A DNA stretch of 64,000 nt from positions 451,438 to 515,437 of the forward strand of contig CAVPHZ010000001.1 in the NCBI GenBank assembly GCA_963704905.1, in the 5' to 3' direction. This stretch comes from Candidatus Chisholmbacteria bacterium (GTDB lineage: Bacteria; Patescibacteriota; Microgenomatia; UBA1400; Chisholmbacteraceae). The notes beneath the pieces are model-generated. The model did not search any database, was not told where the DNA came from, and worked only from the letters and a program-made list of their open reading frames with translations. Both the position numbers and the translations under genes were made by a program. Position 1 is the stretch's first letter. Each line of letters begins with the position of its first letter. Of this stretch, positions 44,702-53,847 are shown one piece after another.

Positions 44702-47032
44702 ATGGATTTTCAATCTGATCCTACTGGAACAATATTTTACTTTGTCAGCCTCATGGTTCTTGCGGGAGTTGGGATTCTTGGGTTGGTGTTTCTCGGTTAT
44801 CTATTTATTCAATGGTTCCGATACCGAAAGCGGGAAGAGTATTCGCTCGGTTCAGTTGTCTTGCAAGTTGCGGTTCCCCGTGATAATGAACTGAAGATTG
44901 ACGTTGCGGAGCAGATGTTTGCTAGTTTGTTCTCAGTAAAGAAGTCAGGTATATTTTCGAGACTTTGGGCGGAGGATCATTTTAGTTTTGAGATTGTCGC
45001 GCGAAAGGAAGATATTCGGTTCATGGTTGTATGCCCAAATCACCTGCGAGATATGGTTGAGAAGCAAATCCACGGGGCTTATCCGGGTGCCGAGATCAAA
45101 GAAATAGATGAGTACAATATATTCTCTGATAATGGTAAAGTAGCTTATACACAGCTTAAATTACGTACGTCTTCTTTTTACCCATTAAAGGTTTACAAGG
45201 ATTTACCTACTGATCCACTAAGTTCGCTTACTTCAGCGTTAGGAAAGATGGGAGATGGAGAAGGAGCGGTGGTGCAATTTCTGGTAAGCCCAGCTACAAA
45301 GGGTTGGCAACAGGCTGGTTCATCGTATGTAAGTAAGATCAGAGCACAAGAAGCTGATCCGGAAAAAGCAAAGTATCAAGTTGATGCGAAAACCTTCGAA
45401 GCGGTTGAAAATAAAATCTCAAAATCTGGATTTGAGACGACGATTCGAGCGGTCGTATCTTCGACGACCAAGCAAAGTGCTGACGCACATCTGCGAAATA
45501 TTGCAGGTACGTTTGCCCAGTTTTCATCTGAACTCAATGGTTTGGTTCCACTCAAACGCATCTGGTTTAAACGGTTTTTTATGATCAATTTCATTTATCG
45601 ATATCAACCACTGTTCGGGCGCAACACTATTCTTTCTAGTGAAGAGCTTGCAACGATCATGCACTTTCCTAATAAACAAGTTGAGACACCTCACATCTTT
45701 TTCCTGCGGGCTAAACGAGCGCCGGCACCAGCTGAGATTCCATCTCAAGGTTTGTTCCTAGGGAAAAGCACCTATCGTGGAATTGTGCGTGATGCTCACA
45801 TTTCTGAGAAAGATAGGCAACGACACATGTATATTATTGGGAAAACAGGGACGGGAAAATCGGTGTTTCTTAAGGACATGATTTTGCAAGACATACGTGC
45901 AGGAAGGGGCGTGTGTTTTATTGATCCTCATGATACGGTCGAGCAAATCATGGAGCTTATTCCTCCCGAACGGGCGGAGGATGTGATTTACTTTAATCCT
46001 TCAGACACCGAGCGGCCAATGGGATTAAATATGCTTGAGGCTAGAACGGAGGAGCAGAAGCACTTTGTGGTGAGTTCGATTATTGGGCTCATGTATAAGC
46101 TGTATGATCCGCACAAGACAGGAATTATCGGACCGCGATTCGAGCATGCGATTCGGAACGCGATGCTTACCGTGATGAGTGAACCCGGAAGTACGTTTAT
46201 TGAAGTGGTTCGGGTGCTCACGGACTCAAAATATGTTCAAGAGCTTTTGCCTAAGGTAAAGGATCCGATTGTTCGGCGATATTGGACGGATCAGATTGCC
46301 CAGACGAGCGATTTTCATAAATCTGAAGTGTTGGATTACATTGTTTCAAAGTTTGGGAGATTTGTGACGGATAAAATGATGCGCAACATCATTGGACAAA
46401 GTAAGAGTGCGTTTAATTTCCGTCAAGTGATGGATGAGGGAAAGATTCTACTGATCAACCTTGCAAAGGGGAGGATTGGTGAAGAGAATAGCAATTTCTT
46501 GGGACTTATTCTGGTTCCGAAGATCTTGGTTGCAGCGATGAGTCGACAAGATATTCCTGAGGAAAAGCGACGAGACTTTTATTTGTATGTTGATGAGTTT
46601 CAGAATTTTGCTACACCTGACTTTGCGACGATTTTATCTGAGGCTCGAAAGTATCGCTTAAACCTTACTGTAGCAAATCAGTTTGTCGGGCAAGTAGAAG
46701 AGGAAGTGAAGCAGGCGGTGTTTGGAAATGTTGGCACACTTATTTCATTTCGTGTTGGAGTTTCTGATGCAAATTTCCTGCAACATGAGTTCGCTCCGAC
46801 ATTTACTGAAGCTGATTTGGTAAACGTTGAGCGATTCAATGTGTATATTAAAACGATTGTGGATAACGAGCCGATGAATCCCTTCTCGATGGATTTGACG
46901 AAAGATATGTCGGAGGAAGAGAAGCTTCGTAACCAGAAAGTTGGGGAGATGATTCGGCAGCTGTCTCGATTGAAATATGGGTCAGATCGAGCTGAAATGG
47001 AGGCAGATATCAATCAACGGGCGAGATTGTAG
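44702..47032 (+). CDS. VirD4/TraG/TrwB-like (FtsK-HerA superfamily) membrane-anchored ATPase (T4SS DNA-binding domain family)
   Basis: N-terminal TM; Walker A IIGKTGTGKSV; Walker B LYVDEFQNF; 776 aa. Confidence 0.5.
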   Translation: MDFQSDPTGTIFYFVSLMVLAGVGILGLVFLGYLFIQWFRYRKREEYSLGSVVLQVAVPRDNELKIDVAEQMFASLFSVKKSGIFSRLWAEDHFSFEIVARKEDIRFMVVCPNHLRDMVEKQIHGAYPGAEIKEIDEYNIFSDNGKVAYTQLKLRTSSFYPLKVYKDLPTDPLSSLTSALGKMGDGEGAVVQFLVSPATKGWQQAGSSYVSKIRAQEADPEKAKYQVDAKTFEAVENKISKSGFETTIRAVVSSTTKQSADAHLRNIAGTFAQFSSELNGLVPLKRIWFKRFFMINFIYRYQPLFGRNTILSSEELATIMHFPNKQVETPHIFFLRAKRAPAPAEIPSQGLFLGKSTYRGIVRDAHISEKDRQRHMYIIGKTGTGKSVFLKDMILQDIRAGRGVCFIDPHDTVEQIMELIPPERAEDVIYFNPSDTERPMGLNMLEARTEEQKHFVVSSIIGLMYKLYDPHKTGIIGPRFEHAIRNAMLTVMSEPGSTFIEVVRVLTDSKYVQELLPKVKDPIVRRYWTDQIAQTSDFHKSEVLDYIVSKFGRFVTDKMMRNIIGQSKSAFNFRQVMDEGKILLINLAKGRIGEENSNFLGLILVPKILVAAMSRQDIPEEKRRDFYLYVDEFQNFATPDFATILSEARKYRLNLTVANQFVGQVEEEVKQAVFGNVGTLISFRVGVSDANFLQHEFAPTFTEADLVNVERFNVYIKTIVDNEPMNPFSMDLTKDMSEEEKLRNQKVGEMIRQLSRLKYGSDRAEMEADINQRARL

Positions 47033-47090
47033 CTTTGATGTGCAACAGCGTCATCAGCCAGACTATCGTGGTATAATTTCCTCTGGTTAT

Positions 47091-47162
47091 GCGCCCGTAG
47101 CTCAGGGGTAGAGCACCATGCTTATAACATGGGGGTCGATGGTTCGAAACCATCCGGGCGCA
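47091..47162 (+). tRNA. tRNA-Ile (anticodon UAU)
   Basis: Manual cloverleaf: acceptor GCGCCCG/CGGGCGC, D-stem GCTC/GAGC, anticodon stem CCATG/CATGG with loop CTTATAA, T-arm GATGG TTCGAAA CCATC; GGTATAAT -10 box just upstream. Confidence 0.6.
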
Positions 47163-47188
47163 CTGTAAATTTCTTAAGAAATTTACAG
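47163..47188. other. Perfect 26-bp palindrome CTGTAAATTTCTTAAGAAATTTACAG immediately 3' of the tRNA; candidate dif-like/recombination site or tRNA terminator hairpin
   Basis: 10-bp arms around a 6-bp CTTAAG centre; the Xer-type recombinase gene lies 340 bp away. Confidence 0.35.
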
Positions 47189-47277
47189 TATAAACACCCG
47201 GCTTTGCTCGGTGCGAGCACTTCATACTTTTAAGGTTATTTTTAGAGCTCTTTTCGTTCTCCGCAATCTGTGTTATA

Positions 47278-47523
47278 GTGATCAACATCATGTCCAAGCG
47301 TCGATTTGATAAATTCAATTTTAAAGAAGATGATCAAGAATTTCTGCCTGTTGATGCAGCTGATCAAGCATTTTGGGATGAGTTTTGGACACAAGAATTT
47401 TCCAGGAATGAAGAGACTCCTTTGGTGACAATCACCATTAAGAATGAAGAGACTGGGGAAGAGAAAGTGCTTGAGAATGTGAGACTTCGGTTTAAAAGTT
47501 TAGAACGGTTGAAAGATAACTAA
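47278..47523 (+). CDS. Hypothetical small acidic protein
   Basis: 81-aa ORF between the tRNA and the recombinase; no motif. Confidence 0.3.
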   Translation: MINIMSKRRFDKFNFKEDDQEFLPVDAADQAFWDEFWTQEFSRNEETPLVTITIKNEETGEEKVLENVRLRFKSLERLKDN

Positions 47524-47526
47524 ACT

Positions 47527-48405
47527 CTAGAGTTCTTCGAGTTTGACATCTTCTTTTTCCATTTTTTCGTTGATGATTTTGAGGTATTTTTCGGTGGTGC
47601 TGAGGCGTTTGTGTCCAGCGAGTTTGCTGATGTAGACGAGGGGAGTACCTGCCATGAGTTGTTGAGTGATAAACGTGTGTCTAAGATCATTTACCTTGGC
47701 ATTGACAATACCAGCAATCTTGAAGTAACGATCGATTGCGGCTCTGATATTTCGAACTAAGAACGGCCGGCCAGTTTTGGTGAGGAAGAGAGTTCTCTCT
47801 CTACTTTTTGGTCGTTCGGTAATGTATTCTTCCAACGCTTCTTTGGCAGCTTTGGTGAGTGGAACATTTCTTTCGTCGTGTGATTCGTAGGCCTGAATTG
47901 TGAGTTGATTATTGTTGAGGTTGAGATCGTCAAGTTTCAGATTTGCGAGTTCTCCAATACGAATACCTGTTTGTAGGAGAAGCTCCACTACACCTGAGAT
48001 GCGCGTGTCAGAGCGACAAGCATCGCGAAGTGCTCGATATTCCATTTTTGATAATACTCTTGGAGGTTTAACCTCATAGCGTGGGTGGGAAACGTTTGAT
48101 GCAGGATTTGTCTCAATGTATTGCTTGGATCTTAGAAATCGGAAAAAGGACTTGATGGAGTTAATTTTTCGGCTGATGGACTTGGCGGTGTAATTCTGTT
48201 TTTTGAGCTGTTCGGTGAACGCCTTGATGTGTTGAGGAGTGATTTCTTTTACCGATGTAACACTAACTTTCTCGAGGAATTCTCCGAGCTGCTCGATGTC
48301 TTTCCCATATGCTAGAATTGTCGCGGTAGCGCGATTATTCGCGCGTAGGTCTTGGATAAATTCTTCCCGCGCATCTGAAAGTGGGAGGTTGTCTGAGTTG
48401 TTCAT
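47527..48405 (-). CDS. Tyrosine site-specific recombinase, XerC/XerD family
   Basis: N-terminal core-binding (SAM-like) domain; C-terminal LRHTFITQQL and LAGHKRLSTTEKYLKI (cf. XerD LRHSFATHLL, LGHSDLSTTQIYTHV); 292 aa. Confidence 0.8.
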   Translation of the reverse strand: MNNSDNLPLSDAREEFIQDLRANNRATATILAYGKDIEQLGEFLEKVSVTSVKEITPQHIKAFTEQLKKQNYTAKSISRKINSIKSFFRFLRSKQYIETNPASNVSHPRYEVKPPRVLSKMEYRALRDACRSDTRISGVVELLLQTGIRIGELANLKLDDLNLNNNQLTIQAYESHDERNVPLTKAAKEALEEYITERPKSRERTLFLTKTGRPFLVRNIRAAIDRYFKIAGIVNAKVNDLRHTFITQQLMAGTPLVYISKLAGHKRLSTTEKYLKIINEKMEKEDVKLEEL

Positions 48406-48460
48406 AATACTTGATAGTATCCTGTAATATTATACCTTATAATACCAGCGTCGGGGATGT

Positions 48461-48826
48461 ATGTCAATGCGTCGGCAAGCAATTAGTGTTATTGGGATTT
48501 TGATTGGAATTGTGCTGATTGTATCTCTTTCACGAGATGTTCAACGGCTTCTTTCAACCCGAGATCGAATGGTGAAGGAATATTCTGATGTGCTGCAGCT
48601 TGAACAGGAGCAGCAGGATTTGGCAATAGAACTTAACTATGTGGTGAGTGATGAATTTGTTGAGCAAGAGGCACGAGATAAGCTACTTTTAGCCAAGCCT
48701 GGTGAGGTAGTAATAATACTTCCTCCGTATGAAGAAAGTACCGCTACAAGTGATCTGGTATTTGAGCCGTTGGAGCGGAATCAAGACCGATCGAATTGGC
48801 GGAAGTGGGTAGAGTTGTTTTTTTAA
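48461..48826 (+). CDS. FtsB/DivIC-like septum formation initiator family protein
   Basis: N-terminal TM, coiled-coil, then DEFVEQEARDKLLLAKPGEVVI resembling the FtsB/DivIC C-terminal block. Confidence 0.5.
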   Translation: MSMRRQAISVIGILIGIVLIVSLSRDVQRLLSTRDRMVKEYSDVLQLEQEQQDLAIELNYVVSDEFVEQEARDKLLLAKPGEVVIILPPYEESTATSDLVFEPLERNQDRSNWRKWVELFF

Positions 48827-48993
48827 TTCGTTTACCATTCGCGTACATTGATCTTTCCAGAGGTGTTTGGTACAATACTACCTCTGTGCGCGGAGTAGTG
48901 CCCTACAAAGTTTTCACTTTTCTGGGCGAGCTGATATAGCAACTCAGAATAATACCGAAGAAGATAGTATAAGTAGGTTAGATTCACCATACG

Positions 48994-49063
48994 CGCGGGG
49001 TAGTGTACGGTAGCACGTGAGGCTCATAATCTCGCAGACCAGGTTCAACTCCTGGCCCCGCAA
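48994..49063 (+). tRNA. Initiator tRNA-fMet (anticodon CAU)
   Basis: 5' CGCGGGG ... CCCCGCA A 3' with C1xA72 mismatch as in bacterial initiator tRNA; anticodon loop CTCATAA; T-arm CCAGG TTCAACT CCTGG. Confidence 0.6.
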
Positions 49064-49159
49064 CATAAAGTTAGGCCACCATCTGGTGGCCTTTTACTCA
49101 CTGAAAGTCTGCTTTAGTTTGTTCTCTGGGCTTTTTGTTTGATAGAATATCTGAAGTTC

Positions 49160-49232
49160 GCCAGCGTAGCTCAGTGGTTAGAGCGGTGTCTTCATAAGGC
49201 ATAGGTCGGTGGTTCGAATCCACCCGCTGGCA
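49160..49232 (+). tRNA. tRNA with CAU anticodon (elongator Met, or Ile2 if lysidinylated)
   Basis: Acceptor GCCAGCG/CGCTGGC; D-arm GCTC AGTGGTTA GAGC; anticodon loop TTCATAA; T-arm GGTGG TTCGAAT CCACC. Confidence 0.7.
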
Positions 49233-49281
49233 CATTTACTAAGATTGGGAGTCTCCAATTTGTGAAATATTAATAAGGAAC

Positions 49282-50274
49282 ATGATGAGTAAACAACGAG
49301 TGTTATCCGGTATTCGAGCGACAGGACGGTTGCATTTGGGGAATTATCTTGGTGCGGTGAAGGGAATGCTAGCACTTCAAGATGATCCGAAGTACGAGAC
49401 GCTGTATATGATAGCGGATCTTCATACTATGACGACACCGTATGATAAAGAGTCGCTCTCAGAAACTACTCGTGACGTTTTTCTCGATTATCTTGCATGC
49501 GGACTGGATCCCGAAAAGAGCATTGTGTTCGTACAGTCGGATCTGGCTAATCTCCATGCGCAGTTTATGCTTTACCTTTCCACTGTAGTTTCAGTGGCTC
49601 GGATGCAACATCTGCCTACCTTCAAGGAAAAGGTCAAGCAGTATCCCAGCCATGTAACGATGGCACTTTTAAACTATCCGATTCTTATGGCGGCTGATAT
49701 TTTGATTTATAAAGCGAGCAAAGTACCAGTGGGTATTGATCAGGAACCTCACTTGGAAGTTACGCGTGAGATCGCGCGAAAGATGAATACTGTCTATGCG
49801 ACTGCACTTCCAGAGCCGAGTCGGTTTGCAACTGACGGAGGGTATGTTCCCAGTCTTCTCGGGGAAGGGAAGATGAGCAAATCGGTGGAAGGAAGCTACA
49901 TTAATCTTACTGATGATTTAAATGCTATTCGTAGTCGATTGGCTGCAGCTCCAACTGATAGTGGTCAGGGGTCTGTAATACCAACCAGTGGTGGAGTGGT
50001 GAATCTTCTGATCTTGGTTGAGTTATTTCAAGGAAAGAAGCGGAGGCTTGCGTATGAACAGCAGTATGCTGAACGCGGAATTCGGTATCAAGATTTAAAA
50101 GAAGCGCTGGCAGAAGCTATTTATCGAGAACTTAAACCGATTCAAGAACGTCGAAAGAAGTTGGAAGCTGATCCTAAATATATCAATCAGGTTGTTTCTT
50201 CAGGAGCAAAGAAGGCAAAGGCCATTGCTCGAAAAACTACGGATGAGGTGAAGATAAAGATGGGGCTTGCCTAA
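49282..50274 (+). CDS. trpS: Tryptophan--tRNA ligase
   Basis: HLGNYLG (HIGH-type) and KMSKS motifs; 330 aa. Confidence 0.9.
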   Translation: MMSKQRVLSGIRATGRLHLGNYLGAVKGMLALQDDPKYETLYMIADLHTMTTPYDKESLSETTRDVFLDYLACGLDPEKSIVFVQSDLANLHAQFMLYLSTVVSVARMQHLPTFKEKVKQYPSHVTMALLNYPILMAADILIYKASKVPVGIDQEPHLEVTREIARKMNTVYATALPEPSRFATDGGYVPSLLGEGKMSKSVEGSYINLTDDLNAIRSRLAAAPTDSGQGSVIPTSGGVVNLLILVELFQGKKRRLAYEQQYAERGIRYQDLKEALAEAIYRELKPIQERRKKLEADPKYINQVVSSGAKKAKAIARKTTDEVKIKMGLA

Positions 50275-50318
50275 TGTTTCTCTTCGCGTTCTGATCTGGT
50301 TGTGGTATACTTCCTTCC

Positions 50319-50651
50319 GTGAAACCGACGATTCCGTTTTCCGATTTTTCAAAACTTGAACTTTTAGTTGGGACTATTAAAGGTGCACAGTCGATGGAGG
50401 GGACAGAGAAGTTGTTACTGATTGACGTTACTATCGGGGAGAAGAAGACGAGAAAGTTGGTTGCTGGTATTGCACAAACTCACGATATTGACCAGCTGAT
50501 AGGCAAGCAGATTGTGGTGATCTCGAATTTAGAGCAGAAAGAAATTCGCGGGCATCGCTCGGAAGGCATGTTACTTGCGGCTGATATCAATGGCACTCCA
50601 GTTCTTCTGACTCCAGAGAAAGAAGTTCCCGATGGGTCCAATGTGAGATAA
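50319..50651 (+). CDS. tRNA-binding (CsaA/Trbp111/EMAP-like OB-fold) domain protein
   Basis: LLVGTIKGAQSMEGTEKLLLIDVTIGEKKTRKLVAGIAQ matches the MetRS C-terminal/CsaA tRNA-binding domain. Confidence 0.6.
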   Translation: MKPTIPFSDFSKLELLVGTIKGAQSMEGTEKLLLIDVTIGEKKTRKLVAGIAQTHDIDQLIGKQIVVISNLEQKEIRGHRSEGMLLAADINGTPVLLTPEKEVPDGSNVR

Positions 50652-50661
50652 CATATTATTT

Positions 50662-52569
50662 ATGGAAGGTAAACAACAACGAAAGCAGAGTCGCCTACCA
50701 AAGCGCGTGAAGAAATTTGAATTAAAGATGAATCTTAATCCAAAGAGATTGTTGTTGTGGTTCATTATCTTTCTTTTGTTTGCGCCATTTATTCTCTCAT
50801 TACTGGCTACAGGATCACTCGAAGAGGATGTCCCATTGTCACAAGTTGTAACCGATATCGATGCTGGTCGGATCACCAAGGTTGAGATTGATAGCGAGCA
50901 ACTCTTTTTAACCTACACGGATGGTGAAGAGCGCATTTCCCGAAAAGAGGGGAATGAGACTCTGATCGAAATATTGAATGCATCTGGTGTTGATCCACAG
51001 TCTGTGGAAATTACCGTTCGGGATCAGAGCATAACTCGTTTATGGTGGGATATTGCAGGTACGGTGTTGCCATTGGTACTGATGGCATTCTTTTTCCTGT
51101 TTCTGATCCGCCAAGCTCGAGGCGCTCAGGATAGTTTATTCTCCTTTGGCAGGAGTAAAGCGAAGCTATTTAGTAAAGGCAAACAGAGTGTAAAGTTCTC
51201 TGATGTTGGGGGTGTCGGAGAGGCGAAAAAGGAACTTGAAGAGATTGTTGATTTTTTAAAGAACCCGAAAAAGTATAGTCGATTGGGCGCGCGCACCCCA
51301 AAAGGTGTATTGCTGGTTGGTCCGAGCGGAACTGGAAAAACACTTCTTGCACGAGCAATTGCCGGTGAAGCTGGTGTGACGTTCTTTTCGATGGCAGGGT
51401 CAGAGTTTATGGAGATGTTAGTTGGGGTTGGTGCTTCGAGAGTTCGAGATCTTTTTGATACTGCAAAACGGAATGCTCCTTCGATTATTTTCATTGATGA
51501 AATTGATGCGATAGGACGTATGCGGGGAATGGGTGTGGCTGGCGGGCATGATGAGCGGGAACAGACCCTAAACCAAATATTAGTTGAGATGGATGGATTT
51601 ACTCAAAACGATAATGTGGTGGTATTGGCTGCAACAAATCGCGGCGATCTTCTTGACTCGGCCCTTCTTCGCCCCGGGCGGTTTGACCGTCGGATAACGC
51701 TTGTCTTACCAGATCTTGAGGAACGAGAGAGCATTCTCAAAATACACTCGAAAGGTAAGCCATTTATTAAAGGAGTGAATTGGGAGAAAGTGGCGAAGCG
51801 GACAGTTGGTTTTTCTGGAGCAGATCTTGAAAACATGCTTAATGAGGCGGCAATTCTCGCAGCTCGAGATGAGAAAAAAGCAATCGATCTTATTGATATT
51901 GAGGAAGCAGCGACGAAGGTAAAACTCGGTCCTGAAAAACGACGACTGCAAAGCAACTATGAGCGAAAGATGACTGCGTATCATGAAGCTGGTCATGCTG
52001 TGGTTGGGCACTTGCTTGCACACACCGATCCGGTACATCGAGTTAGTATCGTGTCTCGCGGATTGGCACTAGGATTTACTCTTATGTCTCCTGACAAAGA
52101 TAAGTACACACAGACGAAGAGTGAGTTACTCGATACGATGGCGGCACTTCTCGGTGGTCGAGCTGCAGAGGAGTTGATTTTTAAGGAGTTTACTGGGGGG
52201 GCAGCCAGCGATATTGACAAAGTCACGCGCATAGCACGGCGGATGGTCATTGATTATGGAATGAGTGATTTGGGTCCAGTTAATTTAGGACCACAATGGG
52301 ATACCACTGAATGGGGTCGTTCGGTTTTTGAGCCGAGTAAGCTGGGAAATGAGATGCAAGCAAAAGTTGATATGGAGATTAAACGGTTTGTTGATGATGC
52401 ATACGGCGTTGCACTTACAATGCTTACTAAACACAAAGATCAGTTGGATGCAGTTGCTAACAAATTAGTTGAAGTGGAATCGATTGATAGGGAAGATTTT
52501 GAGAAACTCATGGGTCAGCAGAAAGTACGGCCTGATCTGGATGGAGAAGAGAAGCCAGTGGAATTGTAG
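50662..52569 (+). CDS. ftsH: ATP-dependent zinc metalloprotease FtsH
   Basis: Two N-terminal TMs; AAA module [20 protein letters not shown], second region of homology; HEAGHAVVG zinc motif. Confidence 0.9.
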   Translation: MEGKQQRKQSRLPKRVKKFELKMNLNPKRLLLWFIIFLLFAPFILSLLATGSLEEDVPLSQVVTDIDAGRITKVEIDSEQLFLTYTDGEERISRKEGNETLIEILNASGVDPQSVEITVRDQSITRLWWDIAGTVLPLVLMAFFFLFLIRQARGAQDSLFSFGRSKAKLFSKGKQSVKFSDVGGVGEAKKELEEIVDFLKNPKKYSRLGARTPKGVLLVGPSGTGKTLLARAIAGEAGVTFFSMAGSEFMEMLVGVGASRVRDLFDTAKRNAPSIIFIDEIDAIGRMRGMGVAGGHDEREQTLNQILVEMDGFTQNDNVVVLAATNRGDLLDSALLRPGRFDRRITLVLPDLEERESILKIHSKGKPFIKGVNWEKVAKRTVGFSGADLENMLNEAAILAARDEKKAIDLIDIEEAATKVKLGPEKRRLQSNYERKMTAYHEAGHAVVGHLLAHTDPVHRVSIVSRGLALGFTLMSPDKDKYTQTKSELLDTMAALLGGRAAEELIFKEFTGGAASDIDKVTRIARRMVIDYGMSDLGPVNLGPQWDTTEWGRSVFEPSKLGNEMQAKVDMEIKRFVDDAYGVALTMLTKHKDQLDAVANKLVEVESIDREDFEKLMGQQKVRPDLDGEEKPVEL

Positions 52570-52712
52570 ATGTTACTTCTGGGCTTTCTCAAAGAAGTAA
52601 CTAAGAAAGAGCAACCTTTGACATTCGATCACGATTTCGCTTCGCTCATTTTTTATCATAGTTACCTTCTTGCTTGTCCAAGAAAGCAACCAAAGAGAGA
52701 CCCCCTTGCTTT

Positions 52713-52743
52713 GCTGGTACAGCTACCAGCACTTTTCTTTTCG
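52713..52743 (+). terminator. Rho-independent terminator downstream of ftsH
   Basis: GCTGGTA cagc TACCAGC followed by ACTTTTCTTTTC. Confidence 0.5.
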
Positions 52744-52900
52744 GGAAGTCCTTTCGAAATTCTTTACTCCTTCGGCAATCTCAGGATAAAGGTCAGTTTC
52801 GGCTTTCCTCTCAAGAAAAGTAGGTGCACGGTTACCAGCTTTGCAAAAGTTATCATCACTCATTTCAGTCTTATCCTCTGGTCTGTGATAGAATTTCGGC

Positions 52901-53839
52901 ATGGTTAATGAACGAAAACTGAAAAACCGATTGGTGCTCATTGATGGGCATTCTGTGCTGTATCGCGCGTATCATGCCTATCCGGCTTTGACAACAAAGA
53001 CCGGAGAGCTGATTCATGCTGTGTATGGGTTTACCAGTATTCTTCTGGGTGTGATTCATGATCTTAAACCAACGCATCTTGCAGTGACGTTTGACCGAGG
53101 AGAACCTACATTCCGGCATGAGGAATTTGATGGATACAAAGCCAGTCGACCAGAAGCTCCGGAAGAGTTGATTACACAACAAGGTCGCTTGGCTGAGGTA
53201 ATCGACGTGCTTAACATTCCAGTCTTTTCCGTTTCAGGGTTTGAAGCGGACGATGTTATTGGGACTCTTTCAAAACAAGCTGCTAACAAGAAAGACGTTG
53301 AAGTCGTGATTGTGACTGGAGATCAGGACGCTTTTCAACTTGTTGATGACGAGCGAGTGTTTGTCTATACCCCACCAAGAGGCAAGAAGCCTGCGATACT
53401 TTGGGGAGCTCGTGAAGTGAGTGAGAAGTACAGTCTTAAACCTGAGCAACTTATTGACTACAAAGCATTAGCTGGTGATTCTTCTGATGAGATTCCAGGA
53501 GTTAAAGGTATCGGACCAAAAACTGCTACTTTGTTGCTAAAAAAGTATACAACCCTAAATGATGTCTATGACAATATTGACCGCATTAAAGGAGAGGCTT
53601 CGCCTTCCGTGTATCAAAAGCTTGTTGACGGGAAAGAGTTGGCCTATCAATCGAGAAAATTGGCTGAAATTGTGGTAACTGTTCCCATCAAACTTAAAAT
53701 GAAGGCGTGTGTTATCTATGATTATGAGAAGCAGAAAGCAATTGAGAAATTTCAGGAGCTCGAGTTTACTTCGTTGATTCAGAAACTTCCGAAAGACAAG
53801 TTTGAGCAGATGATCCAGGAAGAACTATTCAGTGAATAG
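52901..53839 (+). CDS. 5'-3' exonuclease (stand-alone Pol I N-terminal/FEN-like domain)
   Basis: LVLIDGHSVLYRAYHA, TGDQDAFQL, H3TH GVKGIGPKTA; preceded by extended -10 TGTGATAGAAT. Confidence 0.85.
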   Translation: MVNERKLKNRLVLIDGHSVLYRAYHAYPALTTKTGELIHAVYGFTSILLGVIHDLKPTHLAVTFDRGEPTFRHEEFDGYKASRPEAPEELITQQGRLAEVIDVLNIPVFSVSGFEADDVIGTLSKQAANKKDVEVVIVTGDQDAFQLVDDERVFVYTPPRGKKPAILWGAREVSEKYSLKPEQLIDYKALAGDSSDEIPGVKGIGPKTATLLLKKYTTLNDVYDNIDRIKGEASPSVYQKLVDGKELAYQSRKLAEIVVTVPIKLKMKACVIYDYEKQKAIEKFQELEFTSLIQKLPKDKFEQMIQEELFSE

Positions 53840-53847
53840 GGTACAGT

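Noticed and set aside
44702-47032. A complete type IV secretion or conjugation system
   Set aside because: Only the VirD4/TraG-like ATPase is present; no VirB4, VirB6, VirB8-10, relaxase or oriT-like sequence was recognised in the window.
47091-48405. A large tRNA-integrated genomic island to the right of tRNA-Ile
   Set aside because: Genes immediately beyond the recombinase are core (FtsB-like, tRNA-fMet, tRNA-Met, trpS, ftsH) and no direct repeat of the tRNA 3' end was found. A lone Xer recombinase with a dif-like palindrome is the simpler reading.
49178-49375. ORF 49178-49375 (-)
   Set aside because: Overlaps the tRNA-Met gene and the trpS start on the opposite strand; chance ORF.
52570-52900. 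RNase P RNA / SRP RNA in the ftsH downstream tract
   Set aside because: GGUCAGUUUC and GGAAGUCC resemble short pieces of RNase P (P1 3' strand, P4) but lie only ~70 nt apart with no CR-I to CR-V architecture, and no GGAA-tetraloop/AGGAAGCAG SRP domain IV is present.
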